Notes: generated by a model not told the origin, from the letters alone. A DNA stretch of 64,000 nt from Nitrospinaceae bacterium (GCA_965237905.1 OZ250172.1:2016001-2080000), one strand, 5' to 3'. Positions 39,322 to 49,791 are shown, counted from the stretch's first letter. Translations and numbers: made by a program.

Positions 39322-39557
39322 AATCCGGTACCGATATCGGGTTCTCCAGGAATTTTTTATGATTTGATGAAGCGCGCCTGAATCGTCCTAACTCCCCTGA
39401 ACTCATTCGTTTTCGCCATGACCCCCGGCCCGGGAGAAACGACACCTCCATTTAATATCCCTGAGGGTAAAACACCTTAAAAATATGTGTTATTATAAAT
39501 TACAACTACATTAAATGTTAATAAATGAATCTTCAAAGGTACTGCTTAGGAGCCGCT

Positions 39558-41132
39558 ATGTTCTCTGAAAAAAGTGTTCATCCAAGATCGTGGTTATGGG
39601 GATATGGAGTTTTGATCCTTTTGGTTTTAATGGGAAGTATGACCGGATGCTCCAGTACGCCGGAGACCGATAAACTTCATAGTTCTGGGGAAGGGATGCC
39701 AGGAAGTGCTACGGACAAGGCGGCCTCTCTTGCACCCGGCGGGTCTTCAAACCCTACCGATAGGGTCAATGCAATCCCCTATTCTCCGGCCGACCGCACA
39801 GTTGTTCTTCGATACGCAGAAAAGGGGGAGAGCGATTCAGCGAATCTGGATCAGGCTTTAAAGCTGGTTCAAAGAGCAGAACAACTTTCTCCAGCCAAAC
39901 GGATGATGGAGGACTATTTGATTCTTGCGGCCCATTATTGGTTCAAGGGTGATACGAATCAAGTGGTTCAACAGGCCAACCAGGGGATCATGGCGAAGTC
40001 GGACAGCAAAAGGGTGAGGGCCCATATGTTTATCTATTTGGGTTATACCTACGAGAGCAAGAGTCCGACCATGGCCCGGTCTTACTTCAAGCAAGCCGCT
40101 CGGATAGACACCGGTTTTTATAAAGGCGACTACGAGTTAGGCCGCATTTTTTTCCTGAAGAAGGAATACTCCAAAGCTCAGGCTCCTCTTAAAAAGGCTT
40201 TCAATTTGAATCCGGAAAGTGCAGACGTTTATGGGAAGCTGGGTCAAATGTTTTATGACATGGACCTGTATGAAGAAGCGGCGGAGTCCCTGGAAAAAGC
40301 ATTGGCCATGAGCCCGCAAACTCACTGGATACATCTCAAGTTGGGTGATACCTATTTTTATGGATTGAAAAAAAGGGAAGAGGGCGGACGTTATTACCAA
40401 CAAGCGGTTTCAAACAACGATTCAGATCCCGAAGCGCATTTAGGATTGGCTTTTTATCATAGATACAAAAGTGAATATGAGAAAGCAGAGAAACATTTAG
40501 AAAAAGCGATGAAGTTGGATGAGAGGAATCCGAAATATAAGCGGGAACTCGATGATATGCTTTCCGAAAAAAGTGAAATGGCAAAGGGAATTCGAAAGTA
40601 TAAACAGGCCATCAGGAAAAGTCCGAAGGATCCCGATCCTGTGGCCCAATTTGGGAAATATTACCTGCGATGGGGAAAGTATGACAAAGCAGAGGAGCAA
40701 TATAAAAAAGCTGTTGAGGTGGCCTTAAAAATTGATGCGGCGCCTGTCGCTAAACCAGACCCTAACAAACCGGCGGGACCTCCAGTGATTGGGCCTTCCA
40801 AGGTACCGGAGCACGCCAACAATTTAGGATGGTTTTACTTCAATAATAAAAAATATGCTCAGGCGGAGCAAGCATTCAAGACGGTGCTAAAGGTTAATCC
40901 AAAGCATACTCCGGCCCAGTTCGGGTTGGGCCGGACCTATGAGAATCTGGAACAATATGACCTGGCCGCGTCTCACTATACCCAGGCCGCTGCCCTGGAC
41001 CCGGACAATGAGGAAGCGCAAAAGCGCCTCACCGCTTTGAAGGAATCAGGGAGATTGAATCCGGTGGGCGAGATGGTCAAAACGCCGGAGGAAAAAACAG
41101 GTAAAAAGCCGGTGATAGAGGTTAAAAAGTAA
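39558..41132 (+). CDS. TPR-repeat lipoprotein
   Basis: Lipobox MTGC; about 10 TPR-like repeats; AGGAG RBS before MFSEK. Confidence 0.85.
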   Translation: MFSEKSVHPRSWLWGYGVLILLVLMGSMTGCSSTPETDKLHSSGEGMPGSATDKAASLAPGGSSNPTDRVNAIPYSPADRTVVLRYAEKGESDSANLDQALKLVQRAEQLSPAKRMMEDYLILAAHYWFKGDTNQVVQQANQGIMAKSDSKRVRAHMFIYLGYTYESKSPTMARSYFKQAARIDTGFYKGDYELGRIFFLKKEYSKAQAPLKKAFNLNPESADVYGKLGQMFYDMDLYEEAAESLEKALAMSPQTHWIHLKLGDTYFYGLKKREEGGRYYQQAVSNNDSDPEAHLGLAFYHRYKSEYEKAEKHLEKAMKLDERNPKYKRELDDMLSEKSEMAKGIRKYKQAIRKSPKDPDPVAQFGKYYLRWGKYDKAEEQYKKAVEVALKIDAAPVAKPDPNKPAGPPVIGPSKVPEHANNLGWFYFNNKKYAQAEQAFKTVLKVNPKHTPAQFGLGRTYENLEQYDLAASHYTQAAALDPDNEEAQKRLTALKESGRLNPVGEMVKTPEEKTGKKPVIEVKK

Positions 41133-41280
41133 ACCTGAAAAAGTTATTGATTTAAAGAGAGTTTTGGGGATTTCTTCCGGGCTGAGAGGTGAAGTAATGG
41201 CGCTGGGCAAGCCGGTGATTCGGTTTTTCCCTTGATATACTTGCCGCGTGGGCGCATATTTATGAGAAAAAACGGGGGAA

Positions 41281-41775
41281 ATGATGAACAAGCTTTTAAT
41301 CGTATCGGCAAGTTTTCTGTTTGTTGTGGGGTCCATTTCCATAACTTGGGCTCATGGTCCGAAGGCCAGTAGTAGCTCGGGCTACCGGAGTTCCGGCCAC
41401 TCGAAGCCTCATTTTAGCAAGCCTTCCCACATGCGATCCGGTAGAGGCCATCAGCACCGCGGGTCGGTTTCACCGCAATCGCGTCGATTACCGAGGATTG
41501 AGCACGGAGTCATCCATAGCAAACCGGGTCCCCTGCAGAACAAGCCATTTTACAGTCCGCTGACAAAATCTTACAATCAAGGTTTTGGGGTCAGTCCGCT
41601 AAGAAAAGCGCTGGAAAGAAAAGGAGTACAGCAGGTCCTACGGCATTCTCATTCACCTCATCCATCCTACTTCGATAAAAATCCTGACCCTTGGTTTCTT
41701 TATGGCAAGGGCGACAAGTTCCGGCAGATGGGTCTTATCCCGCCTCGCCGGAAAGATTCTCAAGGATTGAGGTAA
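41281..41775 (+). CDS. Exported, highly basic low-complexity hypothetical protein
   Basis: Signal peptide ending TWA-H; Ser/His/Arg/Lys-rich body. Confidence 0.6.
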   Translation: MMNKLLIVSASFLFVVGSISITWAHGPKASSSSGYRSSGHSKPHFSKPSHMRSGRGHQHRGSVSPQSRRLPRIEHGVIHSKPGPLQNKPFYSPLTKSYNQGFGVSPLRKALERKGVQQVLRHSHSPHPSYFDKNPDPWFLYGKGDKFRQMGLIPPRRKDSQGLR

Positions 41776-41814
41776 TCGGTCCGACCGGTTGACGGCCACC
41801 CGAAAAGGGAAGGC

Positions 41815-42681
41815 ATGGTGATGCTTAAACGCTTACTGTTGGCTGTATTCGTCAGCATAATGGGTATAGGGATTGTGTTTGCGTCGGGATGCAGTCGCAC
41901 GCAGATGGCCTACAACCATTTCGATTGGTTCCTGCTCAAGCGAATCGATCATTTTTTTACTTTAACGTCCTCTCAGGAAACCTACCTTGAACAGAAAATA
42001 ACGGTTCTCCATACCTGGCACCGGCAACAGGAACTTCCCCTGTTGGTGGATGCTCTTCGCGAATTACAAACCCGTTTCCAGGATGGGTTGAGCCGCGAAG
42101 ATATTGATTGGATCGATGACACCCAATCCGGTTTCTGGAGAAGGTTTGTCGAGCACGGTGTGCCCGATTTCGCCCACTTTCTGGCCACGGTCCAGCCGGA
42201 ACAAGTGGCCCACCTTCAGCAATCCATGGCCGAACGTAACGATTTTCTCGTCGAGCAAACCCAAATGACCGACAAAGAGCTGAAAGCAGACATTTTGGAA
42301 TGGCTGTATGGCCTTCTGGAGGACTGGTACGGGGAATTGACTGACGACCAGCGTCGGCAGATCGCGGCGTGGGTTCAGCCCGATGCGGAATGGATTGGCA
42401 TCCGGCTGGAGCACCGTAACGCATTTCAAAAGGATTTTGCGCAATTCTTGAAGAATCAACCTCAGGAGGGAGCTGTTTACCGGTGGCTGATGGAACGGGT
42501 GATCCAGCCCGAAACCCGTTGGGACCCCGATTTCAAACAACGGCTGGACGCAAAATGGGAAGAATGGAAAGATGTCTTTTACCGGGCCGATGCCCTCATG
42601 CAACCGCATCAAAGACAACACGCTCTGGACCGTCTGGGAGATTACCTGGAAGATTTTGAAGATTTAATGCAGGAAGCCTAA
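41815..42681 (+). CDS. DUF6279-like lipoprotein
   Basis: Lipobox ASGC followed by AYNHFDW...FTLTSSQ...WHRQQELP. Confidence 0.75.
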   Translation: MVMLKRLLLAVFVSIMGIGIVFASGCSRTQMAYNHFDWFLLKRIDHFFTLTSSQETYLEQKITVLHTWHRQQELPLLVDALRELQTRFQDGLSREDIDWIDDTQSGFWRRFVEHGVPDFAHFLATVQPEQVAHLQQSMAERNDFLVEQTQMTDKELKADILEWLYGLLEDWYGELTDDQRRQIAAWVQPDAEWIGIRLEHRNAFQKDFAQFLKNQPQEGAVYRWLMERVIQPETRWDPDFKQRLDAKWEEWKDVFYRADALMQPHQRQHALDRLGDYLEDFEDLMQEA

Positions 42682-43015
42682 AACTTTTCCTAACCCGGCA
42701 TTCGCAAGTGGGTGCCAGGACCAATCCAGCCCTCCAATACCCCCAATTTAACCCCTGTCCTATTAATATCCGAATTACAATAATTCTCAAAAACTGTCAA
42801 AAATCGTCACCTGGCTCCATATTGATTACAATTCTGGGTCATTTCTCCTAAAGATGCGAAATTGAATAATTTGTGGAGCAAATATATGGATTTTCATATA
42901 ACTATTTGTTTCGTTTGACCAAGATTTAGTACAGTTACACTAACTGAAAATTTTTGAATTTTTTTAACAAGCTGTTAACAAAGGGTTTAAGCGAATATCA
43001 AACATTTTGTAAAAA

Positions 43016-43031
43016 TGGCACAAGGATTGCT
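43016..43031 (+). promoter_or_regulatory. Sigma-54 (-24/-12) promoter
   Basis: TGGCAC-AAGGA-TTGCT matches the consensus TGGCAC-N5-TTGCW. Confidence 0.8.
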
Positions 43032-43179
43032 TTATTAATAACATCCATTAAGTAAGAAAATTACCGGGGTTTCGAGAGAACCCTTCTTTACTTCCCCCCC
43101 AACTTTTAGAGGGGTTTTCTCGAACCGGTTTAATTGCAGCGTACTGTGAAATTAAACGAGCAACCTGAGGAGGTAAAGC

Positions 43180-43398
43180 ATGTTTTACCAAGTTCGCATC
43201 AAAAGACCAGATGGTACTGTGAAGAAAGTAGTTTCCGAACAGAAATTAAACCGTAGGCATTGGGAAAATTTTCAGAAGAGCGAAGAGGAAATCGGATTGG
43301 TAACGGCTTCCAAACAACAGGTTCCGACCTGGGTCAAGCAGAAGCTGGATGTCGAGTATCCGGAAACCTATTCGGATATGTTGAATTATAACGGTTGA
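43180..43398 (+). CDS. Small hypothetical protein (72 aa)
   Basis: Strong GAGGAGG RBS; sigma-54 promoter upstream and terminator downstream. Confidence 0.8.
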   Translation: MFYQVRIKRPDGTVKKVVSEQKLNRRHWENFQKSEEEIGLVTASKQQVPTWVKQKLDVEYPETYSDMLNYNG

Positions 43399-43504
43399 TC
43401 GTCGTTAATCTTCTGATGTAGAGAACCTTCTGGTGAGCCCTTCCTTATCCGGGTTGGGCCCGAAACTGGATTAAAAATCGTTCCTTAGATTTTTAATGTA
43501 GAGT

Positions 43505-43530
43505 AATCCCCGGAAACGGGGATTTTTTTT
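43505..43530 (+). terminator. Intrinsic terminator
   Basis: AATCCCCG-gaaa-CGGGGATT followed by a T-run. Confidence 0.85.
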
Positions 43531-43712
43531 GGTTTGAGCGCCCAATGTATTGCCGTTATCCAAACATTTCCCACCGCCCACTTAATTTGTCCTCCCTATT
43601 TTTATTTATTATTTGTTAATATATGGGTCGCCGTGCGCGTTTGACTCTCAGTAGGCGTCCTTTGGTTGCGGCGGAAAGGGCGGCTATCTATCTGAACATA
43701 TAAGAGAACTCA

Positions 43713-44198
43713 ATGAATGACCCGGCAGATACCGAATCCATAAACCATCTTAAAGATCTCGTTGCCAGGAACCCGAAGGACGTACAGGCCCATCTGAAAT
43801 TAGGCAACGCCTTGCTCAAGGAGTTTAACGGCACCGAAGCGCTAGAGGCCTTTCAAAAGGCGGCGCGCCTGCAACCGGACAACGCTGAAGCTTATTTTGG
43901 TCTGGCCAAGACTTTCGATGCCCTCCAGCGGTATGAAGAGATGCTGGACGCCTTCAAGGAAGCCTGCTGGCTCAAACCCGATTGGCCGGAAGCTCATTAC
44001 AATCTGGGATTGGGGTACATGGTGGTGGGTCTGTATGAAGATGCCCTTGAGCCGTTCAAGGAAGCAGTTAAAGTGAAGCCGGATTATGCCGAGGCCCACC
44101 GCGTTCTCAGTCTGGTGTACAAGCTGACCGGTTTCACCGACCAATCGGAATTTCATAAAAAAGAGGCCGGTCGCCTCAATCCTGATTTTGCAGGATAA
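43713..44198 (+). CDS. TPR protein
   Basis: Four TPRs (AHLKLGNAL, AYFGLAK, AHYNLGLGY, AHRVLSLVY). Confidence 0.88.
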   Translation: MNDPADTESINHLKDLVARNPKDVQAHLKLGNALLKEFNGTEALEAFQKAARLQPDNAEAYFGLAKTFDALQRYEEMLDAFKEACWLKPDWPEAHYNLGLGYMVVGLYEDALEPFKEAVKVKPDYAEAHRVLSLVYKLTGFTDQSEFHKKEAGRLNPDFAG

Positions 44199-44257
44199 AA
44201 GGACCGGCCCTTCCCTTAAGAAGGAATGTTCTCCCCCACCCGTTTCAACAAATTGAA

Positions 44258-44923
44258 TTAAGAAGGGGATATCAATCCCAGCGGCCAGCGCTCCGGAGTA
44301 ACCCATCGGTTGGCCGATAATCTGTTGTTAGATTCGTTGAATTCCAAATCGAACGAAGGCACTTTCTGAAAGGCCTCTTCGGCTAGTTTGAGGTTGGCAG
44401 AGATTTTTTCGGGGCCGAAGCGTTGTCCCTGTCTCAACTCATCCCGAATCGCCTGAAGCAGATGGTGTAGATTGATATGGCCCATCAAACGCGCGCCCAC
44501 GGCCGCGAGCGCCGTGCTGAGAATCATCGGTTTCTGGATGTACTCCTGGCACAGCTCGGAAATATTCAACTGAACCGGAAGCGATTTCAATCGAAAATGT
44601 TTCTTGAGATCGTGCGACGTGTGTCGGGAATTGATGAAGATAAGGGTGGAAGCATCGGTGTCCTGAGTAACGGTAGCTAGGGGGTCGGACAACAATGTTT
44701 CATCGCCAAGCAGAAGGATATCCGGATGGGCGATAGGACCCTGCTCCAATAATATATTTTTGCTGAACCGTGCATACGCGACGATTGGGGCTCCCCGTCG
44801 CTCCGCACCGTATAAAGGAAAATCCCGGGCCTGATAGCCGGCCAAGTGTGCCGCCGTACCCAGAATCTGGTTGGCGGTTTTAATCCCCTGCCCCCCGCGA
44901 CCATGAAGTCGTACCCGAAGCAT
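44258..44923 (-). CDS. 2-oxoacid:ferredoxin oxidoreductase gamma subunit (PorC/PorG-like), orphan
   Basis: RVRLHGRGGQGIKTA and FPLYGAERRGAP motifs; AGGAGG RBS. Confidence 0.88.
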   Translation of the reverse strand: MLRVRLHGRGGQGIKTANQILGTAAHLAGYQARDFPLYGAERRGAPIVAYARFSKNILLEQGPIAHPDILLLGDETLLSDPLATVTQDTDASTLIFINSRHTSHDLKKHFRLKSLPVQLNISELCQEYIQKPMILSTALAAVGARLMGHINLHHLLQAIRDELRQGQRFGPEKISANLKLAEEAFQKVPSFDLEFNESNNRLSANRWVTPERWPLGLISPS

Positions 44924-45487
44924 ATGAGCCTCCTTTCCGTTTGCTTTCAGCTCTTGAATCAGGTTGTTTATTTCTTCAGTTCGAAGAGTGAAGCTTTTAA
45001 AGTCAATTAGTTAATGGCAAAGTTTTCGAGCAATTGTCTGTATCTAATATGAAACCTTGGAAGAGATTTTGCCAATAAATTCGGATATGGGAAGAAAACT
45101 AATTTTGGAAATAAAAAAGGGAAAATCAGGATTGTGGAAAGTGGCTCATATATAAATTAGCCAATTTCAGACCTTTTGGTTCGGGAATTTTTTGCTTCAA
45201 ACCCGGTCCCCCAAGCTCTTTATTAATCCGAGCAACTCAATATTTTTTAAGTAATTAAACAAGTTGACTCCTCAGTAATATGCGTTAAAATTTTTTATAC
45301 CTGTTTGTATAAAAAAGGTAGTATGCAGGGAAATTGCGTTGAGATTTCATCGTTTATATACCTAATTTGGGGTATACTAGCCATCTCTATCTTCCTACGG
45401 TGAAATCAACGGACTTTTCTTTGGCCTCATTTTGTATTTAATAAGGGGCCGCATGACCCACTCAATTTTTGATTTTGGATCAATTTA

Positions 45488-46966
45488 ATGGCCAACGCTC
45501 CATCCAAAGGGATTGCCCAAACGCTTCAGGATGTTCTGAACAACCTTCAAACACAGTTGAAGGAGAAGACCAAGGCGTTGGACGCGGCGAATAAGAAAAT
45601 TGCGTCTCTGTCCGGTGGCCAGGGAGGGGACTTTACCGTTGAATTGGACGCGGAGAAAGAAAAGCGAGCCGAGGCCGAAAAACTGTTCAAGGAAGCTAAA
45701 GCTGAGATTTCCAAACTCAAAAAACAAATGAGCGAGGGTTCCTCAAACGGCCAGGGGGCTTCTTCAGCCGAGTTGACTCAGGAAATTGAAAAGCGGGCCC
45801 GAGTAGAAAAAGACCTGGCAGGGCGGACCGCTGAGTTGCTCGAGGTCAACAAAAAGCTGCTTGCCGAAACCCAGGCCCGCACGAAAGTGGAGGCAGAACT
45901 TAGAGGCAATGCCAGCGGCGGGGGCGGCATACCCGAGGCCGAACATCAAAAAGAAATCGCCCGGCGTGAAAAGGCGGAGGCGGCTCTCCAAGAGACTCAG
46001 TCGAAATTGGAAGAGACTTTAGGCAATCAGGTTCAAGGTTCCGTCGAGACTGAGGCGTTGGAACAGGAAATGACGACTCTTCTCCAATCCCAGGAAGCAC
46101 TTAAGCAGGAAAAAGCGAATCTGGAAGCTCAATTGAGTGAGGCACAGTCTCAACTGACAGCGGCACAAAATCAGCACGGTCAAGTCGGTGCTGAAACCAA
46201 GGCTCTTCAAAATGAACTGGACGAAGCCAAAAAGACCCGTGACCAATTGCAGGAAGCAAAAGTCCATCTGGCAGAAGACAAGACTCTTCTTGAAGGCAAG
46301 GTCAGGGAACTGCAATCCCAACTGGCGGAGGCCAAAAAAACAACCGAGGATCCTGCCGCCATGAGAGCCGTTAAGGCAGAGTTGAACGAGATCCGCAAGT
46401 CCAAGCAAGCTTTAAAGGCCGATAAAGCCAGACTCGAAGCGCAGGTGAAAGATTTGGAAACGAAATTACTATCTGTGCCGAAAGCGTCTGCGGCGTCTAC
46501 GGCAAGTCCGGCGCCATCATCGCCGGCGTTCGCATCACCGCGGCCCACCGCATCCACCCCGCCACCCCGACCCAGGGTGATTACTGCCGAGGATAAAGAG
46601 ATTGAACGGTTGCGGCAGGTCATCGCCAAAAATCCGAAGGATGTTAAAAGCATGCTCAAGATGGCGAAAGTGGCGTTCAAAGCCAGTCGTCATCAGGATG
46701 CCATTGAACCTTTAACAAAAGCGGTCAAGCTCCAGCCGAGAGACGCGGAACTCTATTTCATGCTGGGGGAAGCGCATTACAAGGCCCAGCATTATCATGA
46801 TGCCCTGACTCCCTTCAACCAGGCCATCCGGGTCAATCCCAAAATGGCCAAGGCGCATTACAATTTGTGTCTGATTAATGAACTGGTGGGCAATGAAGAT
46901 GCGGCACAGAAACACTATCAACTGGCCATCAAAATCGATCCGCAAATTGAGCAAAAAATGAGTTGA
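45488..46966 (+). CDS. Long coiled-coil protein with a Pro/Ser/Ala linker and C-terminal TPRs
   Basis: ~325 aa of E/K/Q/A heptads, PAPSSPAFASPRP linker, 3 TPRs. Confidence 0.85.
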   Translation: MANAPSKGIAQTLQDVLNNLQTQLKEKTKALDAANKKIASLSGGQGGDFTVELDAEKEKRAEAEKLFKEAKAEISKLKKQMSEGSSNGQGASSAELTQEIEKRARVEKDLAGRTAELLEVNKKLLAETQARTKVEAELRGNASGGGGIPEAEHQKEIARREKAEAALQETQSKLEETLGNQVQGSVETEALEQEMTTLLQSQEALKQEKANLEAQLSEAQSQLTAAQNQHGQVGAETKALQNELDEAKKTRDQLQEAKVHLAEDKTLLEGKVRELQSQLAEAKKTTEDPAAMRAVKAELNEIRKSKQALKADKARLEAQVKDLETKLLSVPKASAASTASPAPSSPAFASPRPTASTPPPRPRVITAEDKEIERLRQVIAKNPKDVKSMLKMAKVAFKASRHQDAIEPLTKAVKLQPRDAELYFMLGEAHYKAQHYHDALTPFNQAIRVNPKMAKAHYNLCLINELVGNEDAAQKHYQLAIKIDPQIEQKMS

Positions 46967-47009
46967 TCTACCGGCAACCCTCCCATCGTTTTTCGTTTCC
47001 AACCGTTAA

Positions 47010-48110
47010 TCAATATTCCTCTATTTCGTGCACCATTTTTACCGCCTTCACGGTGGCATAGACTTGCATGCCGGGTTTCAATTGCAAGTGGGCCAGTGAT
47101 TTGCGGGTGATGGTGGCGAGAATGGGCTCCCCGACGTCCAGTTTAAGATTCACCGAACTTCCCTTCGGATCCGTCGGGCCGATTTCCAGGACAGTGGCGG
47201 GGAGACTATTCAACACACTGGTCGGGGTTTCGGGTTTTCCCAGCGCGATGCTGATATCCTGCGCCAGCAAATGCACACGCAAAGGACTGCCCACCTCAAG
47301 GGATTGCTCGGGGATGTAAAGCGACTGGTCCCGGTACTGCACGCGTGTAAGACCAAACTCGGTTTCATGGTCGGCGACGGTGGTGGTTAAAACGGATCCC
47401 ACGGTTGAGGGTCCGGTTTTTCCCGCCAGATCGAGACGCGACAAGACTTCGTTGGCCGGACCCGTCGCGACACTTTTCCCGTCTTGAAGCAAAATCAACG
47501 TGTCGACCAGTTGCAGTACTTCGCCCAGGGAATGGGTCACGTAAACGATCGGCAGTTTCATTTCCTGGCGCAGGCGGATCAAGAAAGGCAGAATGTCCTG
47601 CTTGCGTTGTGCATCGAGGTTAGCCAGCGGTTCATCCATCAACAGCAACCGCGGGCTGGTCAACAAGGCCCGTCCGATCGCCACGCGTTGCTGTTCGCCT
47701 CCGGAAAGTTTCTGCGGCCGCCGATCCAGCAGAGGGTGTAGGTCCATCAAATCGGTCACCTGCTCGAATGTGATTTGTCTCTGTTCGGGAGCGATCCGAC
47801 GGTATCCGTAACTCAGGTTGTCCCGCACGGTTAAATGAGGAAACAATCGGGCTTCCTGAAAGACCATTCCGATGGGTCGGCGGTGAACGGGAACGAATGT
47901 GTTGTGCGATTCGTCCTGCCACACGTGGTCACCAAATCTCATGTCCCCGGTGGGCGACCGTTCCAAACCGGCCAGACAACGCAGAAGGGTGGTTTTTCCG
48001 GAACCGGATCGTCCGAAGATGACCGTTACCCCTTCATCCGGAAACTCCAGTTCGGTGTCCAGGCGAAATTGTTTGTATTGAACCCGGAACCGGGAGAGGA
48101 TCGTACTCAT
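47010..48110 (-). CDS. modC: Molybdate ABC transporter ATP-binding protein
   Basis: GRSGSGKTT, LSGGEQQRVAIGRALL, LMDEPL, C-terminal TOBE domain; ATGA overlap with modB. Confidence 0.95.
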   Translation of the reverse strand: MSTILSRFRVQYKQFRLDTELEFPDEGVTVIFGRSGSGKTTLLRCLAGLERSPTGDMRFGDHVWQDESHNTFVPVHRRPIGMVFQEARLFPHLTVRDNLSYGYRRIAPEQRQITFEQVTDLMDLHPLLDRRPQKLSGGEQQRVAIGRALLTSPRLLLMDEPLANLDAQRKQDILPFLIRLRQEMKLPIVYVTHSLGEVLQLVDTLILLQDGKSVATGPANEVLSRLDLAGKTGPSTVGSVLTTTVADHETEFGLTRVQYRDQSLYIPEQSLEVGSPLRVHLLAQDISIALGKPETPTSVLNSLPATVLEIGPTDPKGSSVNLKLDVGEPILATITRKSLAHLQLKPGMQVYATVKAVKMVHEIEEY

Positions 48111-48790
48111 GAGACGTGTACCGGCAGACGGCGGTTGAACGCATAAACAATCAACAACACCGCAAAAGAAAACAGCAAGAGGCCGCCCGAGAGTAGATGC
48201 GCTTGCGAGTATTCGAGAGCTTCGACGTGGTCGTAAATGGCGATGGACATCACTTTGGTTTTGCCGGGAATGTTGCCGCCCACCATCAACACCACTCCAA
48301 ACTCTCCCAGCGTATGGGCAAAGCCCAGGACGATTGCCGTGAGATACCCCCGCATTGCCATGGGAGAGGCGACACTGAGAAAGGCATCCCACTTCGACGC
48401 GCGTAATGACCAGGCCGCTTCCAGGTAAGTTTTACCGGACGCTTCAAAGGCTCCCTGCAACGGTTGTACGACAAACGGAAACGAATAGAGCGTGGAAGCG
48501 ATCACCAGACCGGCAAAGGAAAACGCGAGGGAAGAACCGGTAATGGACTGAAGCGGTCCGCCGATCACGCCGTTGGCGCCAAGAGCGATCAGCAGATAAA
48601 ACCCAAGCACCGTCGGCGGTAAGACGAGAGGCAGAGCGACCACCGCCTCCACCCAGACCCGTGCGCGCGAGGGCGTGTGCGCCAGCCACCAGGCGACAGG
48701 TGTTCCGATCAACAGCAAAACGCTGACCGTCGTGGCCGCCAGCTTCAGCGTAATCCAGATCGGTTGCCAGTCCATTGTGGAAGGGTCCAT
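48107..48790 (-). CDS. modB: Molybdate ABC transporter permease
   Basis: LPLVLPPTVLGFYLL, FAHTLGEFG, GGNIPGKT. Confidence 0.95.
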   Translation of the reverse strand: MDPSTMDWQPIWITLKLAATTVSVLLLIGTPVAWWLAHTPSRARVWVEAVVALPLVLPPTVLGFYLLIALGANGVIGGPLQSITGSSLAFSFAGLVIASTLYSFPFVVQPLQGAFEASGKTYLEAAWSLRASKWDAFLSVASPMAMRGYLTAIVLGFAHTLGEFGVVLMVGGNIPGKTKVMSIAIYDHVEALEYSQAHLLSGGLLLFSFAVLLIVYAFNRRLPVHVS

Positions 48791-48806
48791 CGCACAGTTC
48801 CTTAAT

Positions 48807-49580
48807 TTATTTCAGGCCGTAGCCATAGGATTGAATCATTTTCCGTGCCGTGTCCGATTTTAAAAATTGCAGGAGTGCCCTCGCCGCCGGCTGTGATTGA
48901 CCCCGGGTTAAAAGCACCGCGTCCTGATCGATGGCATCGTAAAGGTGTTCCGGAACGATCCACCGGCTTCCCTGAATCTTCAAACGTGGATCCATAATCT
49001 GGGACAAAGCGACAAACCCGACCTCCGCGTTACCGGTGGCAACAAATTGAAACGTTTGGCCGATGTTTTCACCTTGAACCAGGGTGGGCGATACCGATTC
49101 CCACAGGTTCAATCGTATGAGCGCCGTGTAGGCGGCTTTTCCGTAAGGCGCGGTTTTGGGATTGGCCAGGGCCAGGTGTTTAAAATTTCGGCGATGTAAA
49201 ATGCTTTTGCCGTCAACGGCGATTCGCCTCGGATCGGCGCTCCATAAAACAATTTTACCCTGGGCATACGTAAATCGCGTTGCGGCTACTGCCTGTCCGT
49301 TTTTTTCCAAAAGCCGGGGACGTTCACTGTCCGCCGCGAGAAAAACTTCGAACGGTGCGCCGTGTATGATTTGGGCGTACAGTTTCCCCGTTGATCCAGA
49401 TACCGTGCGCACGGTATGCCCGCTCTGCTCTTGAAATACCGGGACCAACTGTTTGAATGGGTTCAGAAAATTGGAAGCCACCGCCACCGTCACCTCCCCG
49501 GCAAATACGGAAGGTCCGCAAAAGATCATGAATGCGAAGGTCGAGCCCATCATCCATCGTTTAAAAATTAAAACCGTCAT
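48807..49580 (-). CDS. modA: Molybdate ABC transporter substrate-binding protein
   Basis: VAVASNF, GSTGKLYAQI, ANPKTAPYG, GNAEVGFVALSQ; start uncertain. Confidence 0.93.
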   Translation of the reverse strand: MTVLIFKRWMMGSTFAFMIFCGPSVFAGEVTVAVASNFLNPFKQLVPVFQEQSGHTVRTVSGSTGKLYAQIIHGAPFEVFLAADSERPRLLEKNGQAVAATRFTYAQGKIVLWSADPRRIAVDGKSILHRRNFKHLALANPKTAPYGKAAYTALIRLNLWESVSPTLVQGENIGQTFQFVATGNAEVGFVALSQIMDPRLKIQGSRWIVPEHLYDAIDQDAVLLTRGQSQPAARALLQFLKSDTARKMIQSYGYGLK

Positions 49581-49791
49581 GTTTCCTGTTCCGGAACAAG
49601 GTTCGAGTGGGAGGTGCCGTATGCATCGATATATACCACAAAGCATATCGATAGGTCAAACCTAAAAATGAAGGTCTGAAGGGAAATATACCTTTAAGCA
49701 GGCGATTCCATAGCTTGGTCCGGGCGTTCGATGAGTTCCGATTTGGGAAAATTCGTTGCAAAGGGATTGGGGGGAAGCTACCCTGTTAATC

